This document shows, piece by piece, positions 9,630 through 22,227 of a stretch of 64,000 bases of DNA (the first letter of the stretch is position 1; each line of letters begins with the position of its first letter). This DNA is from Sulfuricella sp. GTDB lineage: Bacteria > Pseudomonadota > Gammaproteobacteria > Burkholderiales > Sulfuricellaceae. The stretch is taken from NCBI GenBank assembly GCA_028714315.1, contig JAQTMN010000001.1, positions 49,578 to 113,577 of the forward strand, in the 5' to 3' direction. A model generated the notes under the pieces. It saw nothing but the letters and a program-made list of their open reading frames with translations, was not told where the DNA came from and searched no databases. Made by a program: the position numbers and the translations under genes.

Positions 9630-9938
9630 TCAGGCGGCACCCGGCAAACTTAATTGCGGCGCCGGCTGTTCCGTGCCTCCCTTCTCCAGCCGATAAATCC
9701 ATGCCAACAGTTCGGCCACGGCGAAATAAAGCTCCGGCGGGATATGCTGATCCAGATCGACCTGCATCAACAGCGATACCAATTCGGGCGACTCATGCAC
9801 ATAGACGCCGGCATCCTTGGCGCGCGCGATGATCGCCTCGGCCAGCAGGCCGCGCCCTTTCGCCACCACCTGAGGAGCGACCTTGCCGGCGCTGTATGCC
9901 AGCGCCACCGCGAGATGCTGGCTGTCAGGCTTTTTCAT
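9630..9938 (-). CDS. Stand-alone FlhB C-terminal-like (EscU/YscU/HrcU family) protein
   Basis: AVALAY..APQVVAKGRG, IPPELYFAVAELLAWIY; directly downstream of fliK. Confidence 0.88.
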   Translation of the reverse strand: MKKPDSQHLAVALAYSAGKVAPQVVAKGRGLLAEAIIARAKDAGVYVHESPELVSLLMQVDLDQHIPPELYFAVAELLAWIYRLEKGGTEQPAPQLSLPGAA

Positions 9939-10980
9939 GCGATTCGACCGAGATGCCGAGCAGATGCAGACCGGATGTTTCCATGGCGCGGCGCAGGCTA
10001 TCCTGGGCACCCTTCATCAGCTCCGCGGCGCCATCGTCCGCTTTCAGATTGATGCGCAAGCCCTGCGGCGTAATCGCCAGCGCGGCCTGAACATCGCCCA
10101 TCCTGGGCAATTGCAGCCGCAAACTGGTCTGCCAGTGAGGCGTGTCCTCGCCGCCACCGCCGCGCGCGTTTCGTTCCTCCACGCGCCACTCCATCGTCTG
10201 GCCCGGCCAGACTTGTCCCTGCCATACCATCTGGTGCGTGTCGAGCGTTTGCAACTGCTGCTGCACCAGAGGCACGGCGTCGGCATGGATCGGCAACTTC
10301 GATGCGCCCTGCGCGAGCGCAGCGTCCGGTGTCATGGCAACCGGCGTATTTTTTTGCACCATTTCAGCCGGCGCCCCCGGAGCCGGATTCATGACCGGCA
10401 GCCTGGCCTGCGGTTCCTGCTGCAAATCAGCCAGCTTCCGTTCGCCCGCCACCCACTGCGCCTGGTGCGACTCGTAAAACAACCCGCTTTGGGACAAGGC
10501 ATTGCGCAAAATGCCGGAAAATTCCTTGATATCGGCAGGGGCTCCCGCAAGCAGCGGCGACGACCGGGCCAGCGGCGTGGGCAGGCCGTCTTCCGGCGTT
10601 GAAATCTTTTGCAGCAGGCCGCCGAGAAACCGCGCCGTGTCGCTGAGCGCAACCTGGGGTTTAGCCTCGGCGACATTGGCGGCGGCGGCCGCGGCCAGAT
10701 CGCGGGTGAGCACGAAAGTCAGGCGCGGCTGGCTGGAGACGAAAGTCAGTTCGACCTGTTCGCCCGGCTGGGTATTCCGGGGCAGATTCATGTCCAGCAC
10801 CTGCTCGCCGATCTGCACCTGGAAACGCCCGTTCGGCAGGTTGGCCAGCACCACAGCGGTCAAGCGCTGCCCGGGCACCCATTGGGGTTCCGCCAACGGG
10901 GTCTGGGAAACCTCCACCAGGGGAGGCACCGATGTTTTAATCAGGAATTGCAGCTGATTTAAAACGTCGTTATGGATCAT
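9925..10980 (-). CDS. fliK: Flagellar hook-length control protein FliK-like
   Basis: SGLFYESHQAQW, WQGQVWPGQ and WQTSLRLQLPRMG motifs. Confidence 0.8.
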   Translation of the reverse strand: MIHNDVLNQLQFLIKTSVPPLVEVSQTPLAEPQWVPGQRLTAVVLANLPNGRFQVQIGEQVLDMNLPRNTQPGEQVELTFVSSQPRLTFVLTRDLAAAAAANVAEAKPQVALSDTARFLGGLLQKISTPEDGLPTPLARSSPLLAGAPADIKEFSGILRNALSQSGLFYESHQAQWVAGERKLADLQQEPQARLPVMNPAPGAPAEMVQKNTPVAMTPDAALAQGASKLPIHADAVPLVQQQLQTLDTHQMVWQGQVWPGQTMEWRVEERNARGGGGEDTPHWQTSLRLQLPRMGDVQAALAITPQGLRINLKADDGAAELMKGAQDSLRRAMETSGLHLLGISVESHEKA

Positions 10981-11360
10981 GGGGATGGAATGCGATGCAT
11001 GGCGACGATCAATTCCGCTTCGCCGCGCGAAATCCCGCAACGGGCGGCGACCTCGTCCACATCAATGCCTTGCTGCGCCATCTGGATGGCTTGGGTGTAG
11101 GGCGTCACGGTAACTTGCTGCGCCTTCAACTGATCGACTTCGGCCTGCAACAGATCGACTTGCTGATGCAGTTGGCTCAGTTCCAGTTCCAGCGCCTGCA
11201 ACTCCCGGCTCCGGACATGCGCTTCGGCACCCTTCTGCCAAACCCGCCAACCGCGCGGCTTGGCGGAGCGCATCAGGAGCAGCATCTCGGCGATGTAAAC
11301 TGCCAGCACCAGCACGGCGCCGATCAGCAGCTCACGCCAGGTAATGACGAAGGATTCCAA
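10977..11360 (-). CDS. Small membrane-anchored coiled-coil protein with C-terminal HTH-like segment (DUF2802-like)
   Basis: N-terminal TM helix, coiled coil, PYTQAIQMAQQG...CGISRGEAELI; overlaps the fliK start. Confidence 0.7.
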   Translation of the reverse strand: MESFVITWRELLIGAVLVLAVYIAEMLLLMRSAKPRGWRVWQKGAEAHVRSRELQALELELSQLHQQVDLLQAEVDQLKAQQVTVTPYTQAIQMAQQGIDVDEVAARCGISRGEAELIVAMHRIPSP

Positions 11361-11605
11361 AGGGTCAAAGTCTCGGCTTGAAAAATGAGCATCACGATAT
11401 CATTTCGCGCCCATTTCACCAACTGGTCAGACATATTCATCGATTTGGCGGCCAGGGTCGGAACGCCTGTTGTCCACGTTTTCGTCGGAAACTTCCGGGT
11501 GAGGCTTGCGCTTATCGTTCTGCCTGAATTCGCCGCAAGAGGGAAACCTGCCATCGGGATGAACCGGAACGGAATCGCCGATGCCGCCAACCGGTTCGGT
11601 GGCGG

Positions 11606-14600
11606 GGGCGCATCCCCACGGGCGTGGGGAACACAATACGATCTGACCGATGCCATCGGTAAGGAGCGGTTCATCCCCACGAGCATGGGGAACACCCCGT
11701 CAGGACACATCGTTTTCGGATAAATCGCGGTTCATCCCCACGGGCGTGGGGAACACCTTGATGTCAGCCGCGTAAGCTGTTGAGTAGCCGGTTCATCCCC
11801 ACGGGCGTGGGGAACACAGCACCTTTCCCAGCCGAACCGAACGCAGTTTCGGTTCATCCCCACGGGCGTGGGGAACACTCCGCACCTGTGGGGCGATATC
11901 CCGGCCCGGCCGGTTCATCCCCACGGGCGTGGGGAACACTACAGGCAGGTCAATCCGGTATAACCACCTCTCGGTTCATCCCCACGGGCGTGGGGAACAC
12001 TCCAGGTACTCGGTGAGCGCGGCCAGGCTCTGCGGTTCATCCCCACGGGCGTGGGGAACACTGAGCCAGCATGGAGCCGGGGCCGGCCTTGGCCGGTTCA
12101 TCCCCACGGGCGTGGGGAATACTTGTCGGCGTCGTCTTGCGTGCCGCCGATCAACGGTTCATCCCCACGGGCGTGGGGAACACAGAAGCGGCTCGATGTA
12201 TTTTCTGCACGCCCACGGTTCATCCCCACGGGCGTGGGGAACACGCGATGTAGGCCTCAATGGCGGCCTGATCGCCCGGTTCATCCCCACGGGCGTGGGG
12301 AACACCGCTGGAGATTCACAATCAGGAGCTAAAGCGGCGGTTCATCCCCACGGGCGTGGGGAACACGTCCAAGCGCCGGACAGGGAAAGGTCCGACTCCG
12401 GTTCATCCCCACGGGCGTGGGGAACACCGCGGCAACATTTGGATCGGGGCCAAGATCGACGGTTCATCCCCACGGGCGTGGGGAACACCAGCCTAGGCCG
12501 TATATCCTGTGCGCCGATATTCGGTTCATCCCCACGGGCGTGGGGAACACTGGGCGGTTGCAGGTCTGGCTGCTGATCCGGCCGGTTCATCCCCACGGGC
12601 GTGGGGAACACGTAATGGTGTCGATCTCGTCCTTGGTTCCCTTCGGTTCATCCCCACGGGCGTGGGGAACACGGGTCAGGTGGCAGCGGAGTCCGGCCCG
12701 TGTCAGGTTCATCCCCACGGGCGTGGGGAACACCTGGCCCGGCGCCGGGAATTTGCTGTCACCAACGGTTCATCCCCACGGGCGTGGGGAACACCCTGCC
12801 TGATCACGATCGGATTTGTCATTGTCCGGTTCATCCCCACGGGCGTGGGGAACACGCCGCAGGTTCATCATTATTTTTGTACCGGGACGGTTCATCCCCA
12901 CGGGCGTGGGGAACACTGTGCGGGATAGTCGTGTCCGGCGTTGGCCGGCGGTTCATCCCCACGGGCGTGGGGAACACCTTGGCTTTCAGCAACGCCTTGA
13001 CGCTCTTGTCGGTTCATCCCCACGGGCGTGGGGAACACCCATTCCCCCGGCAGACGCCGCCCTGGTGCGTCGGTTCATCCCCACGGGCGTGGGGAACACG
13101 GGAACTGGCTGAGCCATTCGTAGGTGTTGGACGGTTCATCCCCACGGGCGTGGGGAACACGCGCCGCTGGTATTCGGTCAGGCTCTCCACAGCGGTTCAT
13201 CCCCACGGGCGTGGGGAACACCGACCGCCTGCGCGCCCTGGTGGAATGGACGCCGGTTCATCCCCACGGGCGTGGGGAACACTCCGCCAGCGTCACGATC
13301 GTATCGGTGACATCCGGTTCATCCCCACGGGCGTGGGGAACACGTGATGACCGGCACCGAGTTGGCCGCGTTCCCCGGTTCATCCCCACGGGCGTGGGGA
13401 ACACCCCTTGGCGATGCCGACCAATTGAAGGTAGTGCGGTTCATCCCCACGGGCGTGGGGAACACCACCAGCCCGCCAGGTGCTTGAGCGCCCAGCCCGG
13501 TTCATCCCCACGGGCGTGGGGAACACAGCGGCTCATCGGACAGAACGCGCACCTGCACCGGTTCATCCCCACGGGCGTGGGGAACACACAAAGGCGTTGA
13601 TGTCGGCGAAGACGTGGGACGGTTCATCCCCACGGGCGTGGGGAACACTCGGCTGCCAACCGTGCAGCAATCCAGGCCGCCGGTTCATCCCCACGGGCGT
13701 GGGGAACACGGGAAACATTGAGGTATTTCATTTTTTACTCACGGTTCATCCCCACGGGCGTGGGGAACACAAATCAGCTACGCCAGTTCGTACCCCTTGC
13801 GCCGGTTCATCCCCACGGGCGTGGGGAACACGCGCTTGCCTTTGCTTGCGTATTCTAAGAAGTCGGTTCATCCCCACGGGCGTGGGGAACACGAGATCGA
13901 GCAGGCGCATGGAACGCCGCAGTTCGGTTCATCCCCACGGGCGTGGGGAACACGGCCACCCTGCTGGTGCATCGCGTCAATGCGTTGGTTCATCCCCACG
14001 GGCGTGGGGAACACCCGCTCGCTATGCCTGCAGCGATTGCGGAACGCGGTTCATCCCCACGGGCGTGGGGAACACAACAGCAATCCTTTTTTCACGCCCT
14101 TCCCTTTCGGTTCATCCCCACGGGCGTGGGGAACACTTCCTGCATGCCTATAGTTGTTGATTGCTTGTCGGTTCATCCCCACGGGCGTGGGGAACACTGC
14201 GTATCGAAATATTGCACATGATCAGGCACCGGTTCATCCCCACGGGCGTGGGGAACACGGGCTGACGGTAAGCCCGGTGCCGATGTTGATCGGTTCATCC
14301 CCACGGGCGTGGGGAACACTCTGGCGTCATGGGTCGCTGTTGCCGCGTTCGCGGTTCATCCCCACGGGCGTGGGGAACACCCTACTACCAAGCCAAGCGC
14401 TTCGGCTTTCTTCGGTTCATCCCCACGGGCGTGGGGAACACTTACCGCCCCAGCCCCGCCGATGAGGAATTACCGGTTCATCCCCACGGGCGTGGGGAAC
14501 ACGCGCTTTGGTTTGGTGAAAAAGCTGTACAGCGCGGTTCATCCCCACGGGCGTGGGGAACACGCATTCAGGGTAATCACATTGTCTTTTTTACCCGGTT

Positions 14601-17600
14601 CATCCCCACGGGCGTGGGGAACACGCTAAGGAGAAATAAAACATGGCAACCTACAGCGGTTCATCCCCACGGGCGTGGGGAACACCACTGACCTGACGGT
14701 CGCATTCAACGCGGCGGCGGTTCATCCCCACGGGCGTGGGGAACACCGAAATCGAGTCCGGCACGGCCGGCAGTTCGTCGGTTCATCCCCACGGGCGTGG
14801 GGAACACGAAGAAGTGCCAGACGGCGTAGCTAAGAACGTCGGTTCATCCCCACGGGCGTGGGGAACACACCGTAAAGCGACCTGTGGATACCGTATCCTC
14901 CGGTTCATCCCCACGGGCGTGGGGAACACGTAATAAATGGCGCCTTCTCGCCATATGTATCTTGGTTCATCCCCACGGGCGTGGGGAACACTGGACGATA
15001 CCGAATCGGCATTGGTCCAGGCGCGGTTCATCCCCACGGGCGTGGGGAACACCGGCCATCATCACTGCGCGAGTGCGCGTAGACCGGTTCATCCCCACGG
15101 GCGTGGGGAACACATCAACAGATGCCTTGCACGTCTCGACACAAACGGTTCATCCCCACGGGCGTGGGGAACACGTGGGCGCGTCCGCCCACGACAAGCG
15201 AACCGCCGGTTCATCCCCACGGGCGTGGGGAACACATGGAGAGGCGACGCGAAATATATTTCGCAGACGGTTCATCCCCACGGGCGTGGGGAACACGCCC
15301 ACCATCGGGATGACTGAGGCCCCATAAACGGTTCATCCCCACGGGCGTGGGGAACACCTGGTTCGTGGGAAGGAAACCGCACAACTCGGCGGTTCATCCC
15401 CACGGGCGTGGGGAACACACGATCCAGACACCTGACATCGACACGCGGAACGGTTCATCCCCACGGGCGTGGGGAACACTCGGCGATATAGGCAAGCAAC
15501 GTGGTGCGCGGCGGTTCATCCCCACGGGCGTGGGGAACACGCTCAAAACGTTGATAGGTTTGGAGCGCGAGGCGGTTCATCCCCACGGGCGTGGGGAACA
15601 CAAATTTCATTTTTCTACCCTTTCAATTTTCGGCGGTTCATCCCCACGGGCGTGGGGAACACCAAGTGCTGAACATTTTTGGTTTTATTGACGGCGGTTC
15701 ATCCCCACGGGCGTGGGGAACACTAATACCGCTTGACTATTTTGATTAGCGAGGTCGGTTCATCCCCACGGGCGTGGGGAACACAGGCTGCGCTTCGGAA
15801 AAATACAAGCGCACGACGGTTCATCCCCACGGGCGTGGGGAACACACCCCGCGACCCGGCGCAAACCCCGCGCCGCCCGGTTCATCCCCACGGGCGTGGG
15901 GAACACCAGTCCGCCGCACTGACGAGCGAACGAGGCAGCGGTTCATCCCCACGGGCGTGGGGAACACCACCAATCCGCCGGCCACGCTGCCGGAACAATC
16001 GGTTCATCCCCACGGGCGTGGGGAACACTGGCGACCGATTTCACGTCGTCGGAGAGCAATCGGTTCATCCCCACGGGCGTGGGGAACACGCCCGAGTCGC
16101 GCATTATATGGGTGGCCAGGCCGGTTCATCCCCACGGGCGTGGGGAACACTTAAAAACCCATCGGCGCGATGATTTAGTGAGCGGTTCATCCCCACGGGC
16201 GTGGGGAACACAATAAAGGGTTTAGCCTTTGCCGCGCCCGTACCGGTTCATCCCCACGGGCGTGGGGAACACAGTATATTTTGCAGCAATGAAATTCTCC
16301 CGCACGGTTCATCCCCACGGGCGTGGGGAACACAAAATCGGTTTGAGGTAGGTTTTTAATAGCCGCGGTTCATCCCCACGGGCGTGGGGAACACTTGGTT
16401 GTAGTTCGGATATACCCGGCCATTCACGGTTCATCCCCACGGGCGTGGGGAACACCAGCAATCTATTGATTCGCCCATCGGTGACGGCGGTTCATCCCCA
16501 CGGGCGTGGGGAACACAGCATTAGTTATGCTGGTGTCGTTATGTACAACGGTTCATCCCCACGGGCGTGGGGAACACGAAGCGCCAACGAAAACGGCCTG
16601 ACCCAAAAACGGTTCATCCCCACGGGCGTGGGGAACACATCCGAATCGGGAGACCAATACACGGTTTCGGCGGTTCATCCCCACGGGCGTGGGGAACACC
16701 AGTGGAAATTCCACAACCGCTAGCAAACGGTCGGTTCATCCCCACGGGCGTGGGGAACACGCGGCCGCCTTCCCTGAACGCGTAATAAAACCCGGTTCAT
16801 CCCCACGGGCGTGGGGAACACCTGCCGAGATCGTAGTTATGTGTTACATCGGTCGGTTCATCCCCACGGGCGTGGGGAACACTTGACGGGCATAGGTAAT
16901 GCCGGTGACGGAGGCGGTTCATCCCCACGGGCGTGGGGAACACTACTGGAAGCGTTTCGGATCGAGATGCATGCCCGGTTCATCCCCACGGGCGTGGGGA
17001 ACACGGCGGCGATTTTCATTTCCTCTATCTCGTCTGCGGTTCATCCCCACGGGCGTGGGGAACACTCACCAATTACGAAATGCTGGAAGAATTCGACCGG
17101 TTCATCCCCACGGGCGTGGGGAACACGACTGCTAGTTGTAACGGTATTTGTGTCGGGCCGGTTCATCCCCACGGGCGTGGGGAACACGTGGGTTCGTCGC
17201 GCTTTCTAAGGCGTTTCGCTGGTTCATCCCCACGGGCGTGGGGAACACGGCCTGATTTTTGTTCCGCAAATCGACAAAGCGCGGTTCATCCCCACGGGCG
17301 TGGGGAACACGTCGCCCGATTCCGATGTGAGAAGCGGCAAGGCGGTTCATCCCCACGGGCGTGGGGAACACTCTGCCGGAGAGGATATTTGCGGATTCAA
17401 CGACGGTTCATCCCCACGGGCGTGGGGAACACCATCCTCCTGTCGTAGACACGATCCCCTCGGCCGGTTCATCCCCACGGGCGTGGGGAACACGACAGAA
17501 TGGCCGGGTTGGCGGCAACGGAGACGGTTCATCCCCACGGGCGTGGGGAACACTTTATTGTCGTCGAGTTGCTTCATTTCGCTTCCGGTTCATCCCCACG

Positions 17601-19999
17601 GGCGTGGGGAACACAACTTGTCCATCCATGCGATCTGGGATTGAATCGGTTCATCCCCACGGGCGTGGGGAACACGCACGGGTGGTGATGGCACGGGTGA
17701 TTCGGGGTCGGTTCATCCCCACGGGCGTGGGGAACACATCGACTTGGCTGGTTACCCTGGACCATGTATCGGTTCATCCCCACGGGCGTGGGGAACACAC
17801 GGCCCAGACACGACCGGTCAGGGTGCCGTTCGGTTCATCCCCACGGGCGTGGGGAACACGCCACGTCCAACTGAGCAGGGAATTTCACATCCGGTTCATC
17901 CCCACGGGCGTGGGGAACACGGGTGGATATTTGAATTTTTTTTCGAGTGCATCCGGTTCATCCCCACGGGCGTGGGGAACACCATCAATCAGGTATGTGA
18001 ACGTGCTGCGTGTGCGGTTCATCCCCACGGGCGTGGGGAACACTCGCTCCATTACATTTGCCCGCAAGCGTAACAACGGTTCATCCCCACGGGCGTGGGG
18101 AACACACCCCTATCTCGACCATGGCACCAAGGTGCCCCGGTTCATCCCCACGGGCGTGGGGAACACGTCGTCCATTCCTCATTTCTCTGTCTCCGTTTCG
18201 GTTCATCCCCACGGGCGTGGGGAACACAGCATTAGTTATGCTGGCGTCATTATGTATAACGGTTCATCCCCACGGGCGTGGGGAACACATGCGCATCCGC
18301 GACATCAGCGCGACAACCACCGGTTCATCCCCACGGGCGTGGGGAACACCGGCAAGGCATCAAGAAGGGCTTGCAGCTCCGCGGTTCATCCCCACGGGCG
18401 TGGGGAACACATCGGTATGTTAATTGGTTTTTTGGCGGAAGCGCGGTTCATCCCCACGGGCGTGGGGAACACTTCCGGCTGGCTGCCGGGCGATATTCGA
18501 GGTGCGGTTCATCCCCACGGGCGTGGGGAACACCCCGATTAACCCGAGAATGGTCGAGAAATTTCCGGTTCATCCCCACGGGCGTGGGGAACACTACCGT
18601 GCAAACTAACCCGTTCGAGGGCATTCCGGTTCATCCCCACGGGCGTGGGGAACACGGCAAGCAGAACGTTTCCAGCAGGTCGGACGCCGGTTCATCCCCA
18701 CGGGCGTGGGGAACACTCCAGATCATCCATATTCGCAAAGCTGATCGACGGTTCATCCCCACGGGCGTGGGGAACACCTGAGCGCCAATGTTCGGGTCGT
18801 CAGTCTCGCCGGTTCATCCCCACGGGCGTGGGGAACACCCGTGGTATGTGACTTTTGCCATTTATTTCTCCGGTTCATCCCCACGGGCGTGGGGAACACG
18901 GTCACCATCGTGGCCAGTCCTGCGCCTGACGCGGTTCATCCCCACGGGCGTGGGGAACACACTAGTATCCGCACAAACCCGCGCCCACTGCGCGGTTCAT
19001 CCCCACGGGCGTGGGGAACACGGAATCCTTCGGCCGCACACCGTCAATCAAAGCGGTTCATCCCCACGGGCGTGGGGAACACTGCAACACCTGACAAGGA
19101 ATTGGTGACAGTATCGGTTCATCCCCACGGGCGTGGGGAACACTGCCATGCAACAGGCATTTGCGTAACTACTGCCGGTTCATCCCCACGGGCGTGGGGA
19201 ACACGGCTGTTGATTATTGATGAGTGCGGCCCATGGCGGTTCATCCCCACGGGCGTGGGGAACACAGGCCGTCCTCAAAAAAACCAAACCCGGCCGCCTG
19301 GTTCATCCCCACGGGCGTGGGGAACACGAGTCCAGGTCGGGGAGCCAGATAATCAAACACGGTTCATCCCCACGGGCGTGGGGAACACGGCAGCAGCCGA
19401 ACGCGTAACGGCGGCTTGGACGGTTCATCCCCACGGGCGTGGGGAACACTGATCCGTGTCCTATTGTTTCGGTCGTGCATCCGGTTCATCCCCACGGGCG
19501 TGGGGAACACACACGCACGGGCTTCATGCCGATCACGCGCTGCGGTTCATCCCCACGGGCGTGGGGAACACGCGCCTGGAGTTGGCCAAAAACGACCCAA
19601 CGTCGGTTCATCCCCACGGGCGTGGGGAACACCTGCAATGAGCCGGTTCCGGGCAATGCAGAGTTCGGTTCATCCCCACGGGCGTGGGGAACACCCAACA
19701 ATGACGCCGAGCTCCTGCTGCAGCTTCGGTTCATCCCCACGGGCGTGGGGAACACGGAATGACAGCAGCAAAATCGAACACGGCGGCCGGTTCATCCCCA
19801 CGGGCGTGGGGAACACGCGCTCTGGTTTGGTGAAAAAGCTGTACAGCGCGGTTCATCCCCACGGGCGTGGGGAACACCGTCCTCGTAAAACCGCGTTTTT
19901 GATTGCGGTCGGTTCATCCCCACGGGCGTGGGGAACACTTCCAATCACGTTGATGGGTTCGACAACCGTTCGGTTCATCCCCACGGGCGTGGGGAACAC
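11606..19999 (-). CRISPR. Type I-E CRISPR array, 29-bp repeat GTGTTCCCCACGCCCGTGGGGATGAACCG, about 138 repeats / 137 spacers of mostly 32-33 nt
   Basis: 61-bp periodicity from 11728 to 19999 plus two degenerate repeats at 11606 and 11667 (trailer end). Count estimated from length divided by period. Confidence 0.99.
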
Positions 20000-20115
20000 A
20001 CTTCTTCCTTCTCTCTGATTTATCAGAGATTTTATACCCTCATCAATTCCACCAATATTTCCGGCTACCGGGCATCAACGATTTTACCCGCCGCAACATT
20101 CCCATTTACACTTTT
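20000..20115 (-). promoter_or_regulatory. CRISPR leader
   Basis: AT-rich non-coding stretch between the cas2 stop and the first intact repeat; degenerate repeats are at the opposite end. Confidence 0.85.
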
Positions 20116-21313
<1,198 letters not shown>

Positions 21314-21314
21314 G

Positions 21315-21803
21315 CTATGCCTCGTCGGCCGCACGCAGGACGCCGGCCTGCAATTCCGGCGAGATGAAATAGCCTTTTTCCCGCAATGCCGCCAACAGTG
21401 GTGCCACCGCCGGAATCCAGCCCTCCCGCTTGCTCAATAGCAGCAACCCGCAAACCCCCATCAATGGAATACCCATTTTCCGTGCCACTCTTCGACCTCT
21501 CAGTTCGTCCATCAGTACCGGAGCGCACAATTTCACCGCAAGTCCCAGAGCCGCCCGCTCGCCTTCATCCAGTCTGGGTTCCGGCACATCCGCGGGCCAA
21601 GCACAATCGGCCTCGACCACCAACATCCCGTCATCGACGGCACGCCGAATTGCCAAGGCATCCGGCTGGATCGCCTGCGCCAGGCACTCGGCAAACACCG
21701 TTTCAGGCATCACCGCCCGACCAAATGCCTTTTTCGGGAGCGCCAGCAAATCCAGTTTGGCAAGAGCGATCAGTGGACCCGCATCAGCGACTATGCACGT
21801 CAT
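21315..21803 (-). CDS. PIN-domain (VapC-like, DUF3368-type) putative toxin
   Basis: IVADAGPLIAL, VMPETVFAE, LDEGERAAL, VLMDELRGRR, GVCGLL: the PIN acidic residues and DUF3368-like tail. Confidence 0.82.
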   Translation of the reverse strand: MTCIVADAGPLIALAKLDLLALPKKAFGRAVMPETVFAECLAQAIQPDALAIRRAVDDGMLVVEADCAWPADVPEPRLDEGERAALGLAVKLCAPVLMDELRGRRVARKMGIPLMGVCGLLLLSKREGWIPAVAPLLAALREKGYFISPELQAGVLRAADEA

Positions 21804-22122
21804 CGAATACCGCCAATTCCCGCGCCAATTCGTCCGCGCTGTATCGGACTATCGGCACGCCCTGCGCGGAACATGCCGCCATGAACTCCCCAAGGGGCAT
21901 TCCCGCTACTTTGGCTGCCTCTCTGGCGGTAAGCACCTCATCGTCGAACAGTTTGATCGCCATGGAGATTTTCACGCCGCCGCGAAGCAATGCCTCATCA
22001 AACGGCACAGCCAAAAACACGGGCTGCCCATGCTTGGTAACCAATGACAGCTTGCCTTGTTCCGCATCCCGCACTAAATCGCCAGTGCGTTCACGTAAGT
22101 CGCGGATAGTGAAAGTGTCCAT
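21784..22122 (-). CDS. Putative antitoxin: Phd/YefM-like N-terminus fused to a UPF0175-like HTH
   Basis: MDTFTIRDLRERTGDLV..LVTKHGQPV (Phd-like) and AIKLFDDEVLTAREAAKVAGM (UPF0175-like); overlaps the toxin start. Confidence 0.8.
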   Translation of the reverse strand: MDTFTIRDLRERTGDLVRDAEQGKLSLVTKHGQPVFLAVPFDEALLRGGVKISMAIKLFDDEVLTAREAAKVAGMPLGEFMAACSAQGVPIVRYSADELARELAVFDDVHSR

Positions 22123-22143
22123 TTTTGTCTGCCTCATGATAAG

Positions 22144-22167
22144 TTGTGCCATCAAATGATAGCACAA
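22144..22167. promoter_or_regulatory. Palindromic operator overlapping a putative extended -10 of the TA promoter
   Basis: TTGTGCCATCA-AA-TGATAGCACAA (11-bp arms, 1 mismatch); the minus strand contains TGcTATCAT. Confidence 0.55.
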
Positions 22168-22227
22168 TAGCCGGAAATGCAGCCGCACCGGAAAATCCAG
22201 ACCTATTATCAAATTGTTGTATAAGCC

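Noticed and set aside
11635-19970. Self-targeting spacers within the window
   Set aside because: None found by inspection. This was not exhaustive; a BLASTN-short search of spacers against the genome is needed.
11385-20018. Many ORFs with repeating GSSPRAWGT / [10 protein letters not shown] / VHPHGRGEH peptides
   Set aside because: They are translations of the CRISPR repeat, not genes.
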